From positions 1 to 56,027 of IMG/VR virus record IMGVR_UViG_3300022871_000021: 56,027 nucleotides of DNA. One strand, given 5' to 3'. The stretch is from a virus (lineage: Duplodnaviria > Caudoviricetes). The position numbers and the translations under genes were made by a program. The notes beneath the pieces were generated by a model. It saw only the letters and a list, made by a program, of their open reading frames with translations. It had not been told where the DNA came from and did no database searches. The stretch's first letter is position 1. The number at the start of each line of letters is the position of its first letter. This document shows positions 38,145-45,775 of the stretch, in pieces.

Positions 38145-38990
38145 ATGTCCAAGTTTTTGATAGTTGGCGGTGGCTATATTGGTTCGTATTTAGCGACTAA
38201 GTTGCCTGATAGTAAATTATTAACGGGTTATATTGGGGATGAAGCTACTCTTGTTAATGCTTTAACTAAAGAGTTTCCTAGCCATATTTTAATAAATTGT
38301 GCCGGAAAGACTGGTAGACCGAATATAGATTGGTGCGAAGATAATAAAGATATAACTTTTGGAGCTAATGTAGGCCTTCCTGTTATGATTGCCGAAGTTT
38401 GCAAAAAGCTTGGTCTTTATTGGATGCATATTGGTTCAGGCTGTATTTATGATGGATACGAAAAAGATTTTGACGAAGAGGATACTCCTAATTTTTTCGG
38501 TAGTTTTTACGCAAGGACAAAATATTGGTCTCAAGAGATATTGTCAGAATATGCAGAGGCTTGTGTATTAAGAATCAGGATGCCGATAGACGAAAATCTC
38601 GCTCCGAGGAATTATATTTCAAAAGTTGTAAACTATGCTAGAGAAGGTAAGCCTATATTCAATCTTTTAAATTCAATGACGATATTAAATGATTTAGTTG
38701 AAGTTATTAAGTTTTTAGCCGAAGGAGGGGAGACGGGGGAATATAATGTTGTAAATAATGGAAGTATGGTCATTGGAGACATACTTAAAATTTATAAACA
38801 ATATGCAGACCCAAGGCTTGAGTGGATAGAAAAAGAATATTCTACTGTAGCTAAAGGGCTTAAGGCTGGTAGGTCAAATTGCATTATACTTCCAAAGAAG
38901 TTGGAAGATAAGGGATTTATAATGCCAGAATTAGAAGGAAGTGTTGCCAAGATACTAAAAGAATATGCAGAAAAGAAAAAGGGTTTGTGA
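38145..38990 (+). CDS. NDP-4-keto-6-deoxyglucose 3,5-epimerase/4-reductase (NRS/ER, UER1-like; NDP-L-rhamnose synthesis)
   Basis: GGGYIG; AGKTGRPNIDWCE; SGCIY; EEDTPNFFGSFYARTK; LRIRMPI; PRNYISK follow the plant/giant-virus NRS/ER pattern more than classic RmlD. Confidence 0.85.
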   Translation: MSKFLIVGGGYIGSYLATKLPDSKLLTGYIGDEATLVNALTKEFPSHILINCAGKTGRPNIDWCEDNKDITFGANVGLPVMIAEVCKKLGLYWMHIGSGCIYDGYEKDFDEEDTPNFFGSFYARTKYWSQEILSEYAEACVLRIRMPIDENLAPRNYISKVVNYAREGKPIFNLLNSMTILNDLVEVIKFLAEGGETGEYNVVNNGSMVIGDILKIYKQYADPRLEWIEKEYSTVAKGLKAGRSNCIILPKKLEDKGFIMPELEGSVAKILKEYAEKKKGL

Positions 38991-39089
38991 AAAGAATAAA
39001 AAGATTATAAAAATTTTTTATAGTTTTAAACTAAGTATATAAAGGAGATTTACCTTTATGTTTTGTTGTTAAACTGTCTTACATTTCCC

Positions 39090-39117
39090 TTGACCGCATG
39101 ATATAATATGTTATATT
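39090..39117 (+). promoter_or_regulatory. Sigma70-type promoter upstream of the phage sigma factor
   Basis: TTGACC-N16-TATATT with TG extension. Confidence 0.65.
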
Positions 39118-39137
39118 ATATGAAAAGGAGGGGAAAG

Positions 39138-39755
39138 ATGAAAACAGAATTAACAGAAATGGCTATAAGGGCGAAAGAGGAGCCGGGAGTCCTCGATGGA
39201 ATACTCCTGAAATGGCAGAGAAAGGTTAAGTTAGAGGGATGGGTGAGGAATAAAACTTTACAAGATTCGGACACGAACGATTTGAAACAGGAAGTTTTGA
39301 TGAATATAGTTGAACGATTTGGGGAATATGATGAACATAGAGCAGCGTTTGAGACTTGGGCTTTTAACCGAGCAAGACAAGTTATAAGAAGTTGGGTGAG
39401 AAAAAGATGCTTAGAAAAAGCCCCAGTTTTGAAGAAAGGTTTTAGGGGGAGGGAGTCTATAAGAGGGAAGATAGGTCCTATTCCCGAAGGAGACATAATA
39501 ACATATCCTGAAGGGGTTGGATATGTAGATGAGTTTGAGGGGCATGTCCAGATGATAGGAACAATAATATCTGAAATGGATATGCAAGAAAGAAACAGGG
39601 AAACGACAAGGAAGACTTTTAAGATGTTAGCCGAAGAACAAACTAAAAAAGAGATTGCTGAAGAGTTAGGGATAACCAAAGGGAAGGTAGAAGCAAATAT
39701 AAAGAGGATAAGAAAGGCCTACGGAATACTCGAAGAAGCCAAGATGTTAGTATAA
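39138..39755 (+). CDS. Phage RNA polymerase sigma factor (sigma70/ECF-like)
   Basis: Region 2 DLKQE......YD...AAFETWA...AR..I; region 4 KKEIAEELGITKGKV...I.R.R; start ATG 39138 after AGGAGGG. Confidence 0.8.
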   Translation: MKTELTEMAIRAKEEPGVLDGILLKWQRKVKLEGWVRNKTLQDSDTNDLKQEVLMNIVERFGEYDEHRAAFETWAFNRARQVIRSWVRKRCLEKAPVLKKGFRGRESIRGKIGPIPEGDIITYPEGVGYVDEFEGHVQMIGTIISEMDMQERNRETTRKTFKMLAEEQTKKEIAEELGITKGKVEANIKRIRKAYGILEEAKMLV

Positions 39756-39779
39756 AGGCTATAATATAATAAGAATAGA

Positions 39780-40214
39780 TTGGAGAGGGAGATGGCAAAG
39801 AGGCAGATTATAGAATATGAAGGTAGAAAGATGCGTTTGACTTACGCCATACACGAAAGGATGATGAGGCATTACGCTATAGCCGAGTTCTTAGGAATAA
39901 AAAATTTATCGGGTTATTTTAGACTTAAGGTTTTTCCTAACGTTAGTTTGGACAGGCCGTATGAAAAGGCAAAAGATTATTGGATTACTGATTGTCATAT
40001 TAAAAAATATTTTGATGATGTTTTGAGGGGATTCGAGAAAGCCCATTCGATTATGGGTGAGGGGGCATTTAGAAAAGATATAAATAAATTATTAATAGAA
40101 ATAAATGCTATGGCGGGGGCTGCCATTGAGTTATGGCCTACTCCTCCTAAAGGTTGGAAGCCATTCAAACATTTAAAGCCAAAGCCAAGACCAAAGTCAG
40201 ATGGTAAAAAATAA
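39780..40214 (+). CDS. Hypothetical protein
   Basis: Class B motif upstream; likely start 39792. Confidence 0.5.
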   Translation: MEREMAKRQIIEYEGRKMRLTYAIHERMMRHYAIAEFLGIKNLSGYFRLKVFPNVSLDRPYEKAKDYWITDCHIKKYFDDVLRGFEKAHSIMGEGAFRKDINKLLIEINAMAGAAIELWPTPPKGWKPFKHLKPKPRPKSDGKK

Positions 40215-40346
40215 AGACTTAAAGTCTAAATGTCTGTCAATGATTAGTCATTTATAATGTGACTATGTTAGGAAATTTTTGACTAAATGAGACAAAATTA
40301 AGGTTGATGGCTATAATAGACTGAAGAAAGATGAGGGAGTTATGGA

Positions 40347-43300
40347 ATGATAAAAATGAAGATAGGTTTAGACGGAAGAGTTTGGAAGAAGGAAGAGGGT
40401 AAGCAGGATTTGATAATAGGCATCATAGAGCAGGATGTTTATAAATGTCAAAGGTCGGCTAACGAGCATTTACATTTTGTTCATAATGGCTGGGGCCTTG
40501 ATTCTGATTTACTTAATTCGTTGATAGATAGAGGCGTTAAGATAATTCATATTCACGATAAATTTTTTGATGAACATTATTATTCTGAGCTTGATATGAT
40601 GAAGGAGTTCGGCGTAGAAGAGGAATATGGAACTAACGGTAGACAAACACTTCTTTCTAAAAAATATTGGGGAACAAGTCCAGATTACGAGAATAAATCT
40701 AATGGATTTGTTCACTTGCACGTTCATACCGAATACTCAATGCTTGACGGTATGGGTCCGCTACCTGAGCTTATTTTGAAGGCTCGCAGAATGGGGATGA
40801 ATTCTCTAGCCATTACTGACCATGGAAATTTATTTGGAATACATAAGTTTCATAGATTTTGTAAAAGGGTAGGGATAAAGCCTTTGATGGGTTGCGAATT
40901 TTATGTGGTTGATGATGTGTCTGTGAGAGAAAGAGGGAGAAATCATATAGTTTTAATAGCAAAAAATAAAAAGGGATATAAAAATCTATTAAAACTATCT
41001 ACCTTATCTAATTTAGAAGGTTTTTATTATAAACCGAGAATAGATAAAAAAATGTTGGCTGAATGTAATGAAGGACTTATAGCTTTATCTGGGTGCATAG
41101 CCGGAAGAGTGTCTCAACATATTTTGAATGATGAATTAGACAGAGCTAAACAGCATATTTCTTGGTGGAAGGAAACTTTCGGGAATGATTATTATATAGA
41201 GATTCAGCCTGATAAATTAGAAAAATATATTAAAATAAATCCTATTCTTATAAAATTGGCTAAAGAGTTTGGGGTTAAGATTGTTTCTACAAATGATGTC
41301 CATTATGTCGAAAAGTCGGATAAGAAAGCTCACGACGTCTTATTGGGTATCCAGAAAAAACAAACATTAAAAGATAAGCCCGGTTTCGATACTGATGTAT
41401 ATTGGTTTCAAGGTTTAAAAGATATTAGAGGCCATTTTGAACAGTATCATCCTACCATTCATCATTTAGACTTTGACGAAGCTATCAAGAATACCCAAGA
41501 GGTTGCGGATAAAGTAGAAATATTTGATATAAAGGGAAGTTATGAACTTCCGAAAGCGAAAAGTAATGCCTTATCGTTCAGTAAATATTCGGAGACAGAA
41601 TCAAGGTCAGAATATCTTGATAGATTTCAATATGAATTAGGTGTAATTAAGAGTCTTGGATTTGAAAATTACTTCTCCCTTATAGCGGAAATAGTCAGTT
41701 TCGCTAAGAGCAAGGGAATACAGGTAGGGCCCGGCAGAGGTTCGGTATCAGGTAGTCTTGTTTCTTATTGGATGGGAATTACAGCCGTAGACCCTATAAA
41801 ACACGGTCTTATATTTGAAAGATTTTTGAATACTAGCCGAAGAGGTGCTCCTGATATTGATATTGATTTTGACGCTTCGAGGCGAGAAGAAGTTTTAGAT
41901 TATATAAGGTCTAAATGGAAAACTTCTAAGATATCCACTTATATATCTATTCAAGGCAGAGGTTCGATAAAGGATTGTTGTAGAGTATTTGGGATATCTT
42001 ATGGAATGGCAGAGGTAATGTCTAAAGCCTTTCCGGCTAGGGCTGCTCAAAATATAACTATCGACAAGGCTATTCTAACCGAAGGTTCTTTTAAGAAGTT
42101 CTATTTTGAATATCAAGAAATGTTTAAGGTCGCTCGAAGGCTTGAAGGTAGAATTAAAACTGTAGGTCTTCACCCCGCAGGAATAATAATATCAGATGTT
42201 TCTATATCCGACATAGTTGCGTTGAGGTTAAGTAGCGCATCGACTGGAGAGCCTGTCGTTCAATGTGATATGGAAGATGTAGATATTCTCGGGTTATTAA
42301 AGTTTGATTGTCTCGGGTCCAAAACTCAAACGACTTTATCTATAGCGAAAGAATTATCTGGAGTTAAAAGTTTGCTAGAAATACCATTGGATGATAAAAA
42401 GATTTTTAATGAGTTCAAGAAAGGTAATTGTTGGGATATATTCCAATTCCAGAGCGAGTTAGGGCATGATACCGTTATGAAGGTAAAACCTAATGATTTT
42501 GAGACTTTAACTGCTATAACGGCTCTCATCAGGCCGGGAGCATATGATTTTATTGATGACTTCACTAAAGGAAATTATGACCCTATCATCGAGGCCTTGA
42601 GGCCTATTTTAAAGGATACGAGAAATATAATTTTATATCAAGAGCAAACCATGGAAATAGCTGTAGAGCTAGCAGGGTTTAGTTTAGAACGAGCAGACGA
42701 TTTGAGAAAGGCTATAGGAAAGAAAAAGATAGATAAAATGGCATCTCTGAGAGATGACTTTATAGAAGGAGGAGTCAGCAAAGGCCATTCAGAAAAGATG
42801 ATGATGCAATTATTTAAGATAATCGAGAGGTCATCAAATTATGCGTTTAACAAGTCTCATGCTGTGGCTTATACCCTTAATTCTTATTGGTCTATGTGGT
42901 TTAAAGTCTACCATCCCGTAGAATGGGCTACTGCTGAATTATCGGTTCAAATAGAAGACGAAGATAAGTTGAAGAAATATTTGGAAGATACAATGAGGAA
43001 TGGAATATCTATTTTACCCCCAGACATAAATAAATCAGAATGGGGATTTATAAAAGAAGAAAATTCTGTGAGATGTGGTTTGGGGATGGTAAAGAAGTTT
43101 TCGGTTAAAGGGTATGCAGAATTATCAATACATAGACCTTACGAAACTTTTTTAGACTTTATGGGTAAGACATCAGGTGTTAAAATAAATAAGGGTGCGG
43201 TTCAATCTCTCATCAAAGCGGGCGTGTTTGATGGTTTCGGCAAAGGTAGAAGGCCTTTATATGATTTAGTCGAGCAGTTAAAGAGCAAAAAGAAAGCATC

Positions 43301-43715
43301 TAGTCAAGATATAATTTTAAAGGATGTAGAATGGACACCTAAACATAAATCTAAGATGGAGAAAGAGGCGATGGGGTTTTATATATCTGGACATCCTATA
43401 TTACATTATAAAGAAAAGCTGAAGGATTTAGGTATAAACGTAGAAGACGGGTTAGGAGAAACAGGGGAGAGAAGGACTATTAAAGTAGCGGGAATTATTG
43501 ATAATATAAAAAAGTGGAAGTCAAAAAATGGCGAGATGGCTTTTATAGATATTTCAGGATATGAACAATATTCAATTAATGTATGGCATAATGCTTGGAT
43601 AGTTTACGAAAAACATTTATCTATAGGTGATATGATAGTCGTAATTGGTCACAAACTTGAGTCGAGAAATAAGATAGGAATAGAAAAAGGTGATAGTCTA
43701 ACGGTGGTTCAATGA
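40347..43715 (+). CDS. dnaE: DNA polymerase III alpha subunit (DnaE) with ~115 aa extra N-terminal domain
   Basis: PHP FVHLHVHTEYS.LDG, TDHG, NDVHY; GPGRGS; PDIDIDF; HPAG; KFDCLG; YQEQ; YAFNKSHA; OB fold. Confidence 0.97.
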   Translation: MIKMKIGLDGRVWKKEEGKQDLIIGIIEQDVYKCQRSANEHLHFVHNGWGLDSDLLNSLIDRGVKIIHIHDKFFDEHYYSELDMMKEFGVEEEYGTNGRQTLLSKKYWGTSPDYENKSNGFVHLHVHTEYSMLDGMGPLPELILKARRMGMNSLAITDHGNLFGIHKFHRFCKRVGIKPLMGCEFYVVDDVSVRERGRNHIVLIAKNKKGYKNLLKLSTLSNLEGFYYKPRIDKKMLAECNEGLIALSGCIAGRVSQHILNDELDRAKQHISWWKETFGNDYYIEIQPDKLEKYIKINPILIKLAKEFGVKIVSTNDVHYVEKSDKKAHDVLLGIQKKQTLKDKPGFDTDVYWFQGLKDIRGHFEQYHPTIHHLDFDEAIKNTQEVADKVEIFDIKGSYELPKAKSNALSFSKYSETESRSEYLDRFQYELGVIKSLGFENYFSLIAEIVSFAKSKGIQVGPGRGSVSGSLVSYWMGITAVDPIKHGLIFERFLNTSRRGAPDIDIDFDASRREEVLDYIRSKWKTSKISTYISIQGRGSIKDCCRVFGISYGMAEVMSKAFPARAAQNITIDKAILTEGSFKKFYFEYQEMFKVARRLEGRIKTVGLHPAGIIISDVSISDIVALRLSSASTGEPVVQCDMEDVDILGLLKFDCLGSKTQTTLSIAKELSGVKSLLEIPLDDKKIFNEFKKGNCWDIFQFQSELGHDTVMKVKPNDFETLTAITALIRPGAYDFIDDFTKGNYDPIIEALRPILKDTRNIILYQEQTMEIAVELAGFSLERADDLRKAIGKKKIDKMASLRDDFIEGGVSKGHSEKMMMQLFKIIERSSNYAFNKSHAVAYTLNSYWSMWFKVYHPVEWATAELSVQIEDEDKLKKYLEDTMRNGISILPPDINKSEWGFIKEENSVRCGLGMVKKFSVKGYAELSIHRPYETFLDFMGKTSGVKINKGAVQSLIKAGVFDGFGKGRRPLYDLVEQLKSKKKASSQDIILKDVEWTPKHKSKMEKEAMGFYISGHPILHYKEKLKDLGINVEDGLGETGERRTIKVAGIIDNIKKWKSKNGEMAFIDISGYEQYSINVWHNAWIVYEKHLSIGDMIVVIGHKLESRNKIGIEKGDSLTVVQ

Positions 43716-43833
43716 CGGAATTAGATTTTATTTATCATGTTAAAAGAGCTAGAAACCTTAGAGGGATTAAAAGGGTTGTGGGTTTTATTTTAGGAAAGTT
43801 TGAAGCTATTAGAGGGTTTATGGCTATAATATA

Positions 43834-44103
43834 GTGAGGACGGAAGCTATGAATAAAGTGGTTAATGAACCAATTAGAAAACAATCGATGTTGATAATAA
43901 GAAAGTCTTTGAACGAATGGGTTTTCCCCTCTTCCTCGGGAGATAAAGATTGGACGGTAAAGTATTTTGGCCCTAGTCGCTCGGGAGGGGCGAAAAGATT
44001 ATCCTGTAATTGCCCTTCGGCTATTTATAAACATTCAGATGACAGGATTTGTAAACATATAAAATATTTACTAAAAGAAGGAGTGTCTTTATATGGAATT
44101 TAA
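43834..44103 (+). CDS. SWIM zinc-finger protein
   Basis: SSSG.K.W.V ... CNCP ... CKH. Confidence 0.75.
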   Translation: MRTEAMNKVVNEPIRKQSMLIIRKSLNEWVFPSSSGDKDWTVKYFGPSRSGGAKRLSCNCPSAIYKHSDDRICKHIKYLLKEGVSLYGI

Positions 44104-44308
44104 AGAAGAAATAAAATTAGACGGAGATATACATTTATCCTCTACGACTCAAGAAGAAATGGAGTGGATGAAGTCTACTCTTCAGACGACTATAACAAAA
44201 GCGTTAGATGGATGGCATAGTTGGCACAAAGTGAAAGGGGAAAAGACTTGTAAAATAAAGGCAAATTTTCAGCTAATACTTAAAAAAAGGAAGGTGAAAA
44301 ATGGGTAG
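44093..44308 (+). CDS. Hypothetical protein
   Basis: SD AAGGAG; coupled. Confidence 0.45.
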   Translation: MEFKEEIKLDGDIHLSSTTQEEMEWMKSTLQTTITKALDGWHSWHKVKGEKTCKIKANFQLILKKRKVKNG

Positions 44309-44780
44309 GTTGCAAGAGGTCAAGAAGGAAATAGAACAGATTTATAACGATAACGGCTTGATGTCGGTGATGGAGGCTATGGATATAATAGATAAATATA
44401 CTGGCGTAGATGCAGCTAAGTTAATGGAGTGTTCGATAGATTCTTTACAGGCTGATGCTCTTAAATTATGTTCTTTTAATTGCTATCTTACCACTATAGC
44501 AAGTGACCTTGAATCTAATTTTGTCAAGGCTACTAACAACAGAAAATTTCAAGAAGCAAATCAATGGATGACCATAAAGGCCGCTACTCCTGCTATGAAG
44601 TTGGGGGAAGTAGATAAACATGCTGAATCTGGAATTGCCCTCTATAGACAGGAGGAAGCTTCCAAGCAAAAAAAGGCTATGATAATGAGGTCGGCTGTGG
44701 AAAGTATTCAGGAAGTAGTTCAGATGTTAAAGAAAGTAGTAGAAAGGCTCTTGATGCAGGGCCCAATGGCAAATATATAA
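44301..44780 (+). CDS. Helical protein, possibly UvsY-like recombination mediator
   Basis: All-helical coiled-coil pattern near the SSB and SbcCD genes; weak resemblance only. Confidence 0.35.
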   Translation: MGRLQEVKKEIEQIYNDNGLMSVMEAMDIIDKYTGVDAAKLMECSIDSLQADALKLCSFNCYLTTIASDLESNFVKATNNRKFQEANQWMTIKAATPAMKLGEVDKHAESGIALYRQEEASKQKKAMIMRSAVESIQEVVQMLKKVVERLLMQGPMANI

Positions 44781-44848
44781 AATAGTAAATTAATAAACTT
44801 GTTGAGACTGGAAGTCCTCAACGGGAGAAGGTTAAAGGAGGTGATTGT

Positions 44849-45064
44849 ATGGAGAAAGTTTTGAAGACTTCCTATATGGAAAACTTGCCTAGTCCGAATT
44901 ATAAGACGAGACAGTTTTCTAGGACGATTGAAGAAACTCTTGAGCTTCAGGATTCAGAGGAAGGAAAGCAGCAATTTCTCGAAGCATCTGCTAGACAGCA
45001 GACAATATGCGAGACTCTAGTCAAGAATGATATCGCAAGGCATAAGGAGTTGATGGAAGGATAA
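44849..45064 (+). CDS. Hypothetical protein
   Basis: SD AAGGAGGTG. Confidence 0.55.
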   Translation: MEKVLKTSYMENLPSPNYKTRQFSRTIEETLELQDSEEGKQQFLEASARQQTICETLVKNDIARHKELMEG

Positions 45065-45065
45065 T

Positions 45066-45115
45066 GTGGGATAGCCCACCAATAGCGAATCAATCGCACA
45101 AAAGCGCATAGGCGT
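45066..45115 (+). promoter_or_regulatory. Three small hairpins in the leader of the SSB-like gene
   Basis: GTGGG-ATAG-CCCAC, GCGA-ATCAA-TCGC and GCGC-ATAG-GCGT immediately before SD AAGGAG. Confidence 0.5.
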
Positions 45116-45131
45116 AAAAGGAGAAAAGAAG

Positions 45132-45686
45132 ATGTCAAATTTTAAAGTAGAGAAATCGGATTTTGTAGTTCCACCGGAAGATAGTTATTTTCTGGACTTA
45201 GTTTGGATAGAACAGCTTGAAGGAAAGAATGGGCCATATTATAGATGGCATTGGAAGATGTCAGATATTCCCGAACAAAAAGAATTAGTAAGGGCAAGGG
45301 CTACATCTCAAACTTCGTTAGTTCCTACATTAAATAATCGTTTTGGAATGTTTTTGGATATTCTCTCAGGCGGTTTAGAGGAAGGACAAGCAGGTTCTAC
45401 CGAAGGGATTGTGGCCAAGAAGTACAGAGTTAAAGCGTTTATTGAGCATAACAAGGTTGGAGAGAATACGTTTTGCAACGTGACTAAACTCATTACTGGA
45501 ACCTCTAAGGCTGGAGAAGGGATAGGCTATAAAGGGGTTACAGAGAAGTTGAAAGAGCAGGTTAACGAGGTCTTAGCCAAAGCGGGCAAGGAACAGCTTG
45601 AGGTTAAAGAGCCTAAAGAGCCCAAGGAATCTAAGGACGAAGCTAGTCCTGTGAAGTCGAGCAAAACAGCCGATATTCCTTGGTAG
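45132..45686 (+). CDS. Single-stranded DNA-binding protein-like
   Basis: OB-fold-like beta pattern, disordered charged tail ending DIPW (SSB C-terminal-like); replication context. Confidence 0.6.
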   Translation: MSNFKVEKSDFVVPPEDSYFLDLVWIEQLEGKNGPYYRWHWKMSDIPEQKELVRARATSQTSLVPTLNNRFGMFLDILSGGLEEGQAGSTEGIVAKKYRVKAFIEHNKVGENTFCNVTKLITGTSKAGEGIGYKGVTEKLKEQVNEVLAKAGKEQLEVKEPKEPKESKDEASPVKSSKTADIPW

Positions 45687-45704
45687 TTAGTCGGTAGTTA
45701 GATG

Positions 45705-45766
45705 AAGTCGGCGGGTAGGCCATCCCTATCTTGAGTCTTTCCCTTGGTTTACCCGTCAGACTTTTA
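45705..45766 (+). terminator. Long hairpin with pyrimidine-rich loop (terminator or processing site)
   Basis: AAGTC-GGCGGGTAGGCCA / TGGTTTACCCGTC-A-GACTT with a 22-nt C/T-rich loop. Confidence 0.45.
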
Positions 45767-45775
45767 AAGGATAAA

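Noticed and set aside
39116-39679. 187-aa minus-strand ORF and the other minus-strand ORFs in the track
   Set aside because: Antisense shadows of well-supported + strand genes, without SD or recognisable motifs
45731-45775. N-terminal extension of SbcC-N from TTG 45731
   Set aside because: Lies inside the intergenic hairpin; MRITKLELKNF at 45776 is the canonical family start
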